A stretch of DNA of 64,000 nucleotides from Azolla caroliniana (taxonomy: Eukaryota > Plantae > Polypodiophyta), in the NCBI GenBank assembly GCA_043228905.1, contig JBHGNT010000002.1, positions 24,490,001 through 24,554,000 on the forward strand, in the 5' to 3' direction. Made by a program: the position numbers and the translations under genes. Shown here piece after piece: positions 40,186 to 53,733 of this stretch. Every line of letters begins with the position of its first letter. Positions within the stretch are counted from its first letter, which is position 1. The notes under the pieces were generated by a model that was given only the letters and a program-made list of their open reading frames with translations, had not been told where the DNA came from and searched no databases.

Positions 40186-42087
40186 ACAATTTGAAGGCCA
40201 AACAGGTAATATCACTATGTTTTTTTTATGGTATGAATGTAATTTATGTCACATGGTATTTGTTATAGGAGAAGGCCCGTTAGTTGAACTGGTGCAAACC
40301 CTCTAGCACAAACAAGGTATTGAGGAGAACTATGGTTCAAACGTGGTTGTGGCTGAGTTAGTTCAGTCGAACCAAATCAGAACGTAATGCATCTTTGTAA
40401 ATGATACAACCTTGTTGCATGTGGCAACGTTATTGAGAATTATGCTCATTGCCAAAAAATGGTATTAGAATGAGGTTTGGTTGGCTCATTCAGATACCTA
40501 TTTAGCAATAAAGTATTTAGTCTTGATTGTCTACTTAATGCTTAATTCTCAATTTGATCAATCTTAATCAACCTTAATATCTACTCCTAGTAAATGCACG
40601 TCTTCAAGTCCAAATATGGTAAACTAAGTAAATTGAGTACCCTTCACAACTTGTCTAGGGAGCTTCATCCATGTGGATATATAGATCATAATGAGCTTCA
40701 AAAAGGGAGTAAACATGAGAGAGATTGAGGGCTAGTTTGGGGCTCATATGTTGAACTGCACCGAGAAGAATCACCAAATGATGGCCATTCACCTACACCT
40801 ACATTAAATTGACTACATGTCCTTGCCAGCTCCAATCCAATGTGAAAATATCTGGTAATCATATCAATAACTTTTTTTCCAAAAAAATTAACCCTTTTCC
40901 CCCAAAAAGATACCTTCTTTTTTCACACTTATTAGTAAAAATATTAACACGATATTTATTTTAAGTATTTCATTATCCTTATGAGGTGGTTATGCTTATT
41001 TGTGTATCTTTGTGTACCTTTTATAGTAATGACATGTATAACAATGTAGCAATCTATAGGGGTTTTCATTTTTAAAATTTGTATGTCAGTTTTTGCAAAC
41101 TTATGTCATATGACGTACATCTTTAAAAAATGCCCATCAAAAGACTTTGCTACTAACTTGTCAAATTTAGGCCTTGCAATACAATGTACATGAAGTGACA
41201 ATAAAGTTGAACATTCAACAAATAATGGATGTTCATTGATGCATGTGAAGGAAATGTAAAGTACCGTACTAAAAGATTGTAGACTAAAGATTCTGCCTTT
41301 ATATTGATGCTTTCATGTCTTAAGAAAGTGCATGTTTCATCTTTTTACCATCGTTGCCCTTCTTGCATTGTTGGGTTCAATGAATAAGCCTTTGTAGATT
41401 TGCATATAAAAAGGATACTTACATGGCTAAGTAGAATCTTTTAAGAGGAATCACATCAAATATCATTTTGTTGATGCATCAAACCACAAGGTAGAATTTT
41501 ACGGTTTGAATTGTTGTTTGAGTTGTATTGATTGTTCATCATATGGAAAACATGCGACTCTCTTAACTTTACCTTATTTGCATCCAATGTAAGAATGCCA
41601 ACAATTTAACTTACAAAGGTATGTGTTACATAGTTGAATCTATAGATCATAGATATAGGCTAGACAGATGTGAAATAGAACTCCAGATTTCCACACCTAC
41701 ATTATCCCCACATGCACAAAACAAATATAACATGGAAATACATTTATGCACATGGTTGTTAGTTATGGAATATAGTACTACATATTCCTATACAAGCAAG
41801 GACAAGGGTATCTTGAATAATTCTAAATTACACATTAAGACATTATACATATGTCCTATTCATCTGGCCCCTATTGGAATTAGCCATGTTTTAGAAGACT
41901 CGTGCATAAATGTTGAATGCCATTTTTAACGCGGAGGAGCAATCATGTTTTATGCATGTAATGATTATCTCTCATGAACATCAAGATCACATGAGAAAAT
42001 TATTATAGTGTACATTATCATTTGCTTACATATGTAATGTATAATGGTATTTATAACTTTCAAGTTTGTAAAGTATGGATCCTTTTT

Positions 42088-42440
42088 AAAAAAGAAAGAA
42101 AGATACACCTTAGTATATTACTTGAGAAATGTACATATAGAAAACAGAAGGAGACATTTCATCTCACCTCTATTGTGATATAAAGGCTAGATATCATATA
42201 AGAAGCAAGTGGAGCACAAACTACAAGCTATGTAATAATAAAGAAGGTATGACATAATTGCACGGTCCACCTCATACCAGAAGTTGTCTCTGAAAATAAG
42301 AGAAGCCCTTGCCATCGTTTCTTAAAGTTCACTTTATGTTGCCATAGAACATCAACTGAACCCTACAGATCATCATATTGACCACATAGTGTATGGACAA
42401 ATAACAACCAGAATTCAATAAGCATGGTGCAGAGATGTAT
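42088..42440 (-). mobile_element. 5'-truncated LINE (ORF2 C-terminus plus 3'UTR)
   Basis: Minus-strand translation IEFWLLFVHTL..QYDDL*GSVDVLWQHKVNFKKRW. Flanked by GTATGGATC(C/T)TTT (42073 and 42441). The 3'UTR matches 4382-4551. Confidence 0.75.
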
Positions 42441-45109
42441 GTATGGATCTTTTCATAAGGTAAAACCAATTCTTTTTGTTGATGTTGAGTATGATACAAT
42501 CATTTGTAATCTTAAGCCATGAGTAACCCCTATGCAAAGAATACGAGTTGCATCCCTCAGTTTTAGCACAACAAATTTATCATCCAACCCCACCATTAAG
42601 TCCTCATACTCATACTTGTTCTTCCTTTTTTTCCCTACAGAGATAGGCCTTGGTATTATAAAATCATAAGAAACACAAAAGTTGTGTTGGATAAAGGAGT
42701 ATACGAACCGACTCCATTGTGCTCACATCATAGCCGATTTGATGTGTATATACAAGAACTACACATATTTGTACACAATATCTCCTAGATTTGTATGGTC
42801 TATTTCTCCCAAACTGCAACTAAGCATGCATTGTAAGCTATACCACCAATATCTATAGCAACAGAGTCCATAAACAAAGTTAGTAGACATTGTTTCCCAA
42901 AATGACAGGAACAATATGCATCCATATTATGTGATCTCTACTCATACTTGTTCTTACTTGCACCATTATCAAGTGGTCTTTTAATGGCACGACATTAATA
43001 GCTTGCTTACCATTATTGAGCTTCACAATTCATAAGCAATGATCATCACCATTATGCCCATAGCCATGGCATTTATGAAAGCATTAAACTTTTGATATCA
43101 TTCTTGACGCACTTGCTTCATACTAAATTTCATATCTTTTGCTCCCTTAAACCCCTTCTTCAGAACCCTTGCCTTGTACTTTGACAATGCATAATCTAAA
43201 GTTGTATGCATGAACTTGAAAACCCATATGTATGGTAACATGTTATTTCCATTGGGAAATTATAGGAAATCTTGTTATCTCCTTTTATGAGTTTGCTAGA
43301 TAGATGCAAATGTGCCTCCATACTTGTATAGGCACATTATGGTTATGCCCAATTGAGTACCACTTCTCTTGTCAACAAAAGTTTATTTCACCCATGAGAA
43401 CAATTTAATCAAATTATTTGGAGATGATTTCAGAAATAAGAAAATTCTTTCTTTCATATTATAATGATCAAATGATGTGATCGTTAATCTCTTCTCTTGA
43501 ACCCCTCTATTTATTGCATCCTTTACATCACATGTTTTGCAATACCACTTCGCTCTCTCTAATCCATCACATATTAATCATTATTTCTATTGTGAATGGC
43601 AACCAACCTACTCAAGTTATGTCATTTGGTCTTATTATGTACATATAAATATAATTTCCATGTCAACAGATGATATAAAATTATGTGGATATTGGAAACT
43701 CTTGCACTCCTCTTTCTTACTATATTACCAAGAAAATTATATCTCATTGTTGCCAACTAAATCTTTTGTGTCCAAGCATACCAATATGTCATCATCATCT
43801 CAATCTTTTGTGTTCAAGAATATGAAATTCTAGTAAGTTCTCCTATAAAGAAAACAATCCTAATGCGTTGGCACTTGTTCTTAGATTGCTTTCAAAATCA
43901 AATACATTAACATTATACATTAATACTTCTCAATTTGATATCCATATCCACATATGTTATTTTATAGATATGAGTTTGTCATTTTCTCTTTAGAGTGTCT
44001 ACCACACTCCATGAAAAGCAAAACCCATTTAAATCACATGTATGAATAATCAATAATTGCTTTTCTTGTATAATGTTTCATAAATTGATCATTATAATTT
44101 CTGATATGAAAGAAGAGAAAGGTTGTGATTGTTCACATTGTTAGCTGAAATGTGTTGTATAACTCAATTGGAGAGAAAGAGTGTGTGTGAGTGAGAGAAT
44201 CCTACATTCCGTAGTGGCATCTAGTAAATTAAGAAATATCTATGGTAGTAAACTAGTAAATTAAGAGATATCGATGGAGTAATAGTGAGGTGAGAAAATT
44301 GGGTTTCGAACCCAAGACATAATGATAATAATGTAAGAACTTACCATTAATGTTAACTAATTACAATAAGAAAAACAAAAACAGTTAGCATCCATAAAGA
44401 GGCCAATATTGGCCCATAGGACCAAGCACAAAATTTATCTTGATGTGTGTCTCCTTCCTAGTAAGGTTGCCATTAAAGGGTACAAAACCTAATTTTAAAA
44501 ACAAAGATTTTATACATTGTTTCACGTTTCTTTCATTCTCAACAAGAAATATATTATTTTCTTTGATTGTCTAATCAATAGATAATGGTTTCTTTGTACT
44601 AAAGAATCCCATAAGATACGAATAAAAGATGTCCACAATGCACATGCAATTGCTTGTTATCCACTCATACAGACACTTATTTGACTTTGATTTTAATGTA
44701 TATGAAGTCTAGCATTGAGAAAATGAGGTATTTTTGGAGAGAGCAATAATTGCTGGAAAAGGTCTCATATACATTCGTAATCACACATGTCAAAGGGCAA
44801 TCGTAATAATGACTCTAAAATTTGATTGTAAACCTTTTAGATATATTTCTTGAACATTAGGAAAATGGAGGTAGATGTCTTTTATGTTTGTTAATTATTT
44901 ACATAACTTAAAAATGGATCTTTTAAACTTTTTTTTTCGGATTTCTTGTCAATTTCACAAAGTACAAGTATAGAGAGTCATGAACACTGAATGTGAATAC
45001 GTGCGTATCAATTTCACCGTTATTTCTTAATGACTATTGTACAAATGTCCATGTATCATCATCCCGATAGACCATGTTACACATGTTTATGAAATTTATT
45101 ATATAATTT

Positions 45110-45528
45110 TGTTGAGAGATCAAGCTCAACTTAATTTAGTTATTTAGTCAACCATGTAACTTCGTAGTTACCTAGATAGAATCTAGTTAGGAGTGTAGAC
45201 TATAACGCCTTAAATAGGACCTTGTACTTAAGGGGGATATTGTAGATCCTCACTCCCAAGTACATTTAATATAGGACTTACACCTTAGTACCTATATTCT
45301 ACTCACACATGTGCACCTTTGCACATGAGATGTATATATACCTCATTGTGGGTATTTTTGTATTTGATGATAATGATGCTAATTTAATATAGAGTTAATC
45401 ATCCCCCATCTTGTGTTGTTAATAAGTGTATCTTCGTCTCTCTCTTCCTCTCACACACATACACACACAATGTTTTCTTCGTTTGGATATTATTATCCAT
45501 TATATGGTTGGTTCACTTCTATTCAATA
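45110..45528 (+). mobile_element. LTR-like segment
   Basis: TGTTGA...TTCAATA ends with TATA-like and CT/CA-rich tracts. No TSD found. Confidence 0.35.
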
Positions 45529-45540
45529 GGTGCTAAGATT

Positions 45541-45730
45541 TGTTGGGAGAACAGGTCCTTCCGGATGGGAAGAAGAGAACGAACCGAATCAAATGAAATT
45601 GAAAAATCAATTTAATAGCCGATTTGGGGGACTATATTTGTAAATAGTTCAAATATACCCTTAGTAGGCCATACTTGTAAATAGCCCAGAAAGCTTTATT
45701 AGTATAAATACAATAGGGCAAACTTTATGG
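45541..45730 (+). mobile_element. Truncated LTR of the Copia family at 60153
   Basis: TGTTGGGA.AACA.GTCC.TCCGGATGGGAAG, TGTAAATAGCC and TTAGTATAAATA..AGGGCAAACT are shared with 60153-60620. Confidence 0.7.
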
Positions 45731-48700
45731 GTGTATCAAGAGTTCATCATTGTTTTTTTTCTCCAAAACAAAATATCCTTCCAATAGTTATATAGAAGTT
45801 TCCTCTTAGACTTGGCAACACACACAATGACGATCATCGACTTGTCCTTTTAAATGAAAACCTGCAGGTAAAGCATAATAAAGCATTAACCACTTAAAAG
45901 AAATTGCTCTCCGCATACATGGTAGAGCCCATAAACATTTCCAATAAGCCACCATATATTGATGCGATATAGCACCAGACTCCCAATACTTTTGTGCAAC
46001 AAGATTTATGCAATGATGTTGCATAAAAAAACGTCTCTCATATGCTGCGGAGTATTGGAAAAAGGGGAGAATCCAACTCTCTTGTTCATTTGTCAAGAAA
46101 CGACCAACCAACTGCCATGCATAATCAGTTGGGTCCTAATTAAGATGTATCATTGGCTTACTTTGGAATGCCCATATTTGTATTGCATGATTCGCCAAAA
46201 AAAGGCTCGAATATAAGAAAATCTTCTTGTCCAACCGAGCAATAACCCTAATGGGTTTTGCGGAGGCTAACTCCATAACTTCAACTTCTACATCCACTAA
46301 ATATAAAAGACTATCATTGCCAACGTCATAAACTCTTATTTGACCCTAGTTAGCATATACTCGGGCACTTATTAAAACACCCAAAGGAGAGAAAAGACCA
46401 TACCATGTATAAGTATTAGCCCAATTAAGTCGATTTTGGCAATTCTGTATAGCCTGTTGAATCTGTTCGGACATCAAACAACCCCCACACAAAGAAAATG
46501 AAATTTGCTTTTTGTCCTCCTCTGAGAGCAGTTGAAACCACTCCCAAGCAGCTACTGAGGTAGTTGGTCTTGAGTCTATTTTTCCCCACGATAAACACGG
46601 TCTAATCCCTAAAACACAGCTAGAGCTATCAGTAAACAAATGATTCCATAACAATGGTTACCTTAAAAATTGGGTTTCTGCCTTAAAAATAAGAGAGCCT
46701 CTCTAATGGCCTTCCATGCCCTCAAAATACCTGTAAAGAATCTATGAGAACCAACATTATGAGCCTTAATTGGAAATTGAAAGTTAAACAACCATCGAAA
46801 ACTATCCTGCCACTGTCTTCCTATTGTAGGTTTAATGTTACGAAGAGATAATAACCATAACTTTTTCCACAACCATTCCGAGGTATAAATCCTCTCACAA
46901 CATGCTTTGCAAGAAGAGCCTTACTTTGGAGCAAAGGATCTATTAATCCTAGTCCACCTTCACGTAATGGTTAGATTAAAATCGACCACACAACATTTGC
47001 AACAACACTTGATCCCAAAGGGGCACCCCAAATTACGAATAATAGATTGTGAAAATAGCCATGTTGATGCAACATACCACATCGATGCACACAAAATGTA
47101 GTTTGCCAGAAGCACCCTTCCTGGTAGAGACAAATTAGTGTTATCCCAATACAACAACTTATTTCTAACCCATATTAAAAGGGGTGTTACAATCTCTTCT
47201 ACTAACAAATCTATCCCCACTTGACAGCCTAAATACCTTATTGTTGTACCTCGAGGTACCCTAATAAAACCTAGAGATGGCACATCTTGTGGGGGAGAAG
47301 ATGACACAACCCAAAATCCCATGGACTTGTACCTATTGATCAAAGCTCCTGAAGCGTCACAAAAATCGGAAAAAACTTGTTGAAGATTCAACAACTTCAC
47401 TTTATCTACAAAAACATATAAAGTGGTGTCATCAACAAATTCTGAATCAATAGCATAGGTTGCATATCCTTGTATAGGTAAGGCTATACCCCGAATATCC
47501 ACACTCCTACTCTTAAGAAAATTAGAAAAGGCTTCATAAACTAAAATAAACAAAAAGGGAGCAAGTGGACACCCTTGTCTTACTGATCGCGAAAAGTAAA
47601 ATCTGCCACCAACATCACCTATAAGAAAAGAGGACTATGAGCAGTCCTATAAAATGTTGCCACCTCCCTAATCCATTGTGCTAGAAAGCCCATACGCAAT
47701 AATGTCCCTTCCATAAAATCCCAATCCACTCTATCATAAGCCTTCTCAAAATCTAAAAATAGAATAGCTAAATCTTGTTGTTGTTGCTCTGCAGTAGCCA
47801 ACATTTCCCAAAAGAAAAAAATGTTATGAAAGATACTTCTTTTTGAACAAAACCCGTTTGTGAATCATGAATTAGTTGAGGTAAAAAAGGTTGTAATCTC
47901 CATGCTATTGTTTTAGCTAAAATCTTATACACAACATTAAGTAGTGTTATAGGCCTCCATTTTCGAACATCATGCAAAGGGCCACCCCCCTTCGGAATCA
48001 AATAAATTAGGCCCTTTGTCCAGTCCTGAGGCATATAATCCCGATCAAGAACTTGTTGGTATGTAGAAGTTAAAACATTACCAATCATATCCCAATACTC
48101 TATATACCATGAAACCCCCATCCCATCAATACTTGGACAAACATCCTTACCTAACGCCTTAGTTGCTAACAAAACTTCCGAAGGTTGCAATGGAGCAAGC
48201 AAAGAAATCTACATTTGAGACAAAACTCGATTAGAGACAGAAGCCCAAACGTAATCCCTCTTAATCAAACTATTTCTTAAGAAAGAAACTACAGTCAACA
48301 AATTATGGCAAAAAGATGATTCAACGATATCCCTCATCTCTACAATATCCGATGTAAAAGATCCATCTAAACGTCTCATTCTTGTCAGTTGAGGCTTTTG
48401 AGTTTTAATTTGATGAGGTTGGAAGAACTATTTACAAACCGTGTCAACCTGTCTAATCCATCTTACAAAGGATTTATGATACAAAAACTCTAACCTTTGC
48501 AATTGTAAATCGACAATCGTTTTTTGGACATCAATAACTCTCCTGGCTAAATCTTCAGATTGCAACCACATTTGCTGCAAATGTTGTAATGCTGTCAACG
48601 CTCGCTTATATCTTCCAACCTTGGAATCATAATCAAGGTACAAAGATTTCGCCTTATGCTGGAATACTTCCTGAATTTCCTTTAAGACATGTACCACATT

Positions 48701-50754
48701 AGTTAAGACAACATCCTTATCATAACGATGTCGAGACCAAATAGTTTGAACACAATATTTACAATATTCTCTAAGAAAAACGGAATTAGGAATTCTAAAT
48801 CTACGAGTCCTTCTTGCCGATGATAAAAAGAATTTTAATTTTAGAGGAGAGTGATCAGAAAAAGAAAAACCGTGCATAATTCCTAATTGACCGCTTTTAG
48901 GCCACATAAAATCATCCCCATAAAACCTATCAAAATGAGAAAGGTTGACCCCTGCCAAGCGCCTATCAGATCTTGAAAAAGATAAGGATTCTGGTAATCT
49001 ATTAAAAGAAGGATCTGACCAAAGATCAACCAACCAAAGTGACATACATAATCTTTCCCACGCCCTAAGTTCTGGTCAAGAGATAATATGTAAACTACCA
49101 CCTTGCCTATCTTGCACATCCTCTATTGAATATTAAAGTCCCCAACTAATGCCCAATGATCACTCCAAAAACGAAACCTCGTTGTCTCCGAATTTGGGGC
49201 ATAAAGATTAAGCAAAACCCCCTTTAATCTCTCCTATTTGGAGAACAATGTATTCTGCTCTTTTATCATATAATGATCCTGACATAATTACATGTGAGGC
49301 ACAAATAGTTGAAACCGCAATACATAAACCCCCCTAAATATCGTATGGACCAAAGGCCGGCAACCAGAAGTGTTGCCACCTGTTAGGGAGAAGATCTCCA
49401 TATCTTAAGAGATGTTGTTCCCCTAAATGATGCTCCTTAATCATGAGCACATCTATTGTGCCTACATAGGGTTTTTTCAATTCATGTCTAAAAGCTCCTC
49501 TCATTCGTCTAAACCGACTACCTCCTAATCCTTGTACATTCCATGAGAGTATATTTAGAACATCCATAAATAAACTGACACTATCTTTTTCTCCACCAAA
49601 ACAAGACCTCTACATTTTCCTTAGCAACACGTAATTGTCTTCTAGTTGTCATCATATCTTTACCTGAATATTTGTTTGAACAAACTGGGATCGTCTTTTC
49701 CAGTGTAGACGTATCCCCTATAACCAAGGATATTGTTGAAAAAGAAAAATCATTAGTACTCTAAGGACTTTTCTTCTCCAAAACTAAGCTAGATTTATGT
49801 TTTGATGTATATTCATCATAGATTACTAAAGATAATTGGTTTTCACAATCCATGTCGACACCCGAAGAGTCTATCTTTCGCCCATTGTCCTGAGGGATCG
49901 GCTGGGGCAAGGAATGAATGATATGCTTTCCTTTATCCCCCAATTGATTACCTTTGGCCTGCCCAATAGACATAGCCTCTAACTTATGATGGCTTGTAGG
50001 GGAGACCATATCATTAAATTCTTTTATCGACAAGACTTCCTTATCCTGTTTCGAGGATGTTCGAATCTGTATTGTAGTGATTTTATTCACCTCCCTTCAA
50101 TTATTCATTTTTAATAGCTATTATTGTGCCTACAAGAGAGCCTATTTGGGTTAACACTTGACGCCATTCTTTCTTCAATCCTGGAGAAAAGGCAGTAAAG
50201 ATCATATTGGCCTCTTTGTTCTGTAAAATATCATCTGCAATCACATTATGTGACAGGGATAGTACTAGAGGCAAGGAGAATTAGTACTAAAGGTAGAGGA
50301 GAAGAATGAGGATTAGTACTAGGAAGGGAAAGAATGTGTGAGAACCACGTGAGAGGAGAGAGAGAGAGAGAGAGAGAGAAATAATGACAACAACAAGAAG
50401 TATATTATATTATAGGAAGAAAGATACAATAACATCTAGGAGGCTTAAGCCTGGCATTGAACCGATTTGGTTCTTGATAATGCCACGTGCCTCTTTTTAT
50501 AGTGGCTTTATGAATACTCTTGACATTTCTAGAATGTTCCAGAGAAATCTAGAATATACATGGATTTCCTAAGTGAAATAATAAATGGAAATAATATTTT
50601 TTGTATTGCAACTTATAGCTTAATGGTAAGGTTTCCGCGTATGTGCCACAAGGTCATGGGTTCAAATCCTTTTGAAGCCATACCATGCTATATCATGTTA
50701 TATCATGACACTACCCATCCCCCCCCCCCCCCCCCCCCCCCCTTAAGACGACGA

Positions 50755-50995
50755 GTGCTACGAGTAATCTTAGATGGAGGACCTGGTTTGTCGGGATATC
50801 GTCGATGAAAATCCTCAACAAGAGCTCGAGCAGTGCAGCTACGAGTCATCTTAGATGGAGGACCTGGTTTGTCGGGATATCGTCGATGAAAATCCTCAAT
50901 AAGAGCTCGAGCAGTGCAGCTACGAGTCATCTTAGATGGAGGACCTGGTTTGTCGGGATATCGTCGATGAAAATCCTCAAGAAGAGCTCGAGCAT
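50755..50995 (-). repeat. 3 x 81-bp in-frame repeat at the chromodomain C-terminus
   Basis: GACCTGGTTTGTCGG at 50780, 50861 and 50942, encoding ARAL.EDFHRRYPDKPGPPSK.TRS three times. Confidence 0.95.
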
Positions 50996-53281
50996 TTACC
51001 ACATTCTCGATAGGTTCCCAAGTACACTCACTTGGACTATAACCTAGCCAATCGACCAAACAATAGAGCTTGTTGCGAACAATCTTGAAATAAAGGATGG
51101 TAGCTACTTCGTACTCTGGTCCTGCTTCAAGCTCGATTGAGGGTGGAGGTGGTACAATACGATTCAGAATAGTGTTCTCGTGATACGGTTCGAGAAGAGA
51201 ACTATGAAAAACCGGATGTATCTGTATTTGCGATAGATTGAGACGAAAATCGACATCATTCATTTTTCCGATAATATGGAAAGGACCTAATCACCAATAG
51301 TCCAATTTATCGCATGGTCAATTAGTCTTGATGTGTTTTCGTCATAGCCATACCCGATCTCCAATGTTAAAACTGGATTGAAGACGATGACGATCCACAT
51401 AATCGTTTTGTGTTTGTTGAGCTTGTTGTAAATGAGTAGATAAGTCTGCCTGTATCTTGCGTAGCCGCTCCAAACGATCCTTTGCAGAAGGATTTATGGG
51501 TAACTCTGGAGTTTCGAATACACACCACTGGGGATGATAGGCCACATGTCCGAACATAGTCTTCGACAAATCGTCGCATATGAGGCCACCAAAATGATCG
51601 TTGTAGTAAATCCAACGTTTTAGTACTACCAAAATGCCCAACTGTATATGTGTCATGACAATTTTGGACTACTCGAATGCGATCAGAACCATACAAGAGT
51701 TTCTTAAAGAATAATAATCCATCATGACATTCAAATTGTCGATAGTCCGTACCTGGTTGCTGCGATTGCGAACAAGATGCCCGAGAGGGATCAATTTGTG
51801 CTAGAATGGCTTGAGCGAAAGCATCTCTCTTCAAGTACTCACGTACGGTATCGATAATGTGGGAATCCAATGGCATATTGAAAACCCGCATTGCTTGTAG
51901 TCGTGTTGGTCCCAGGATTACTTGTTATTGGTTATCGAATGTTGGCTCACCAGGACGCGGTGCTAGATACGAGCACTGCGATAATGCAGCTGCCTTCCTT
52001 GGCTGCTTCCCAGGATGATATGTAATTTTGAAGTTGAAACGAGTGAGGAATTGGGCCCACCGAGCTCGACGTCGATTTAATACACGAGCATTCTAGAAGT
52101 AGGCAAGATTTTTGTGATCACTGAATACGGTGACTTGATGAGAAGATTCCTCTAGAAAATGCCTCCATTGCGTAAAAGAGTCCACTATTGCTAATAGCTC
52201 CTTATCATGAATTTCATTGTTGATTTCGGCATCAAACTTGCGCGAGTGGAAAGCCACAGGATGTAGCTTTTCAACATTGCCTTTTTGTGACAGAATGCTA
52301 CCCAAGGCGAAATCCGACATGTCTACCTCAATGATGAACCGTTACGGGTTTTTCATATCAACATGGACTAGGATAGGAGCTGATGTAAATTCCTTCGTAA
52401 GACTCTCAAAAGCCATGTCCGCTTCTTTAGACCAAACAAACGATTTTCTCTTCTTGGTAAGTTGTGTGAGAGGGAGAATAAGCTTTTAGTAATCCTATAT
52501 AAACTTGCGGTAAAAATTGGCAAAGCCTAAAAAGCATTGCACATCTCACAACAAACGTGAAGTCTGCCACTCTACCACAGTTTTGACCTTAGTTGGATCC
52601 ATAGAGATGCCTTCCGAGGAAATGACATAGCTCAGAAATTCCACTTGGTTGCACTCGAAACTATATTTTTCCAGTTTTGCATAAAGACCGTGTTCTCGAA
52701 GTCGTTTTAATACTAATAGTACATGAGAATCATGCTCTTCTTGGGTCTTCGAATAAACCAGTAGATCATCCAAATAGATGATCAAACAAAGATCCAAGAG
52801 ATCTCGGAATATATCATTTTCCATGCATTGGAAGACTGTTGGCACATTAGTGAGACTGAATGGCATGATCGTATACTCGAAGTGCCCATATCTAGTGCGA
52901 AACGCAGTCTTCCATTCATCTCCTGGTTGGATTCGTACGAGGTTATATGCTCCTCGTAAGTCGATCTTTGTGAAGAACCTTGCACCATTGATCCGTTCTA
53001 AAATATTTGAGATAAGTGGGACTGCATACCTATTCCTGAATATTATTCAAACCACGGTAATCTACAACGTGACGAAGTGATCCATCCTTTTTCTTGACAA
53101 AGAAAATGGGTGCGTCGATTGGAGATTTCAAATGTCAAATGAAACTGTCTGCCAGATTCTCCTCTATATAGGCTCGAAGGACTTCTAGCTCGGTTGGTGA
53201 CAAGCTATAAATCAGTCCCCATGGTGGCTCTTTTCCCGGTTGTAAATCAATGGGGCAATCATACGGTCGGTGGTGAGGAAG

Positions 53282-53733
53282 TGTTAGAGTTATGATCTAA
53301 AGTAAGCATATGAAAAGGATAAAAGATAGATAGATAGAAAGGGGAGAGAGGAAGAAGGGTGTCGATCCACCCGACCACCCCCGAGTGAAGGTAACGAGAT
53401 GGGCTCGAGCCTCGATCGGCGTCCCATACCACCGTCGTGGCATCGTGTCGTACCTGGTGCTGGTGCGCTCGCTACAAGAGTTGCCCCACCACGAAACAGA
53501 GTCTCGATGTAGTCAAGATATGATGAAATGAGAGTAGCTAGGCCTCATATTTATAGTGATACCCAAGGCCCCCAAGCAAGTTCACACTTGGCCTAATGGG
53601 TTGTCTCAATTCCAAGGATTAAAAGTAATCCTCCCCTTCTTTACACTCTCGTTTAACCCTCACACTTATCCACGTGTATAGAATACTACGGTAAATTCTC
53701 ACCACGGGATATTATATGGTCATGCCCGTAATA
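53282..53733. mobile_element. Solo LTR nested in the chromovirus pol
   Basis: TGTTA..TAATA ends and 5-bp TSD GGAAG (53277-53281 and 53734-53738). Removing it restores ANTLPHHRPYDC. Confidence 0.85.

Noticed and set aside
42950-44050. Possible Copia gag remnant on the minus strand
   Set aside because: Heavily decayed, with only faint motif resemblance.
50612-50680. Functional tRNA gene
   Set aside because: The acceptor and anticodon stems do not pair properly. Kept only as a tRNA-like module.
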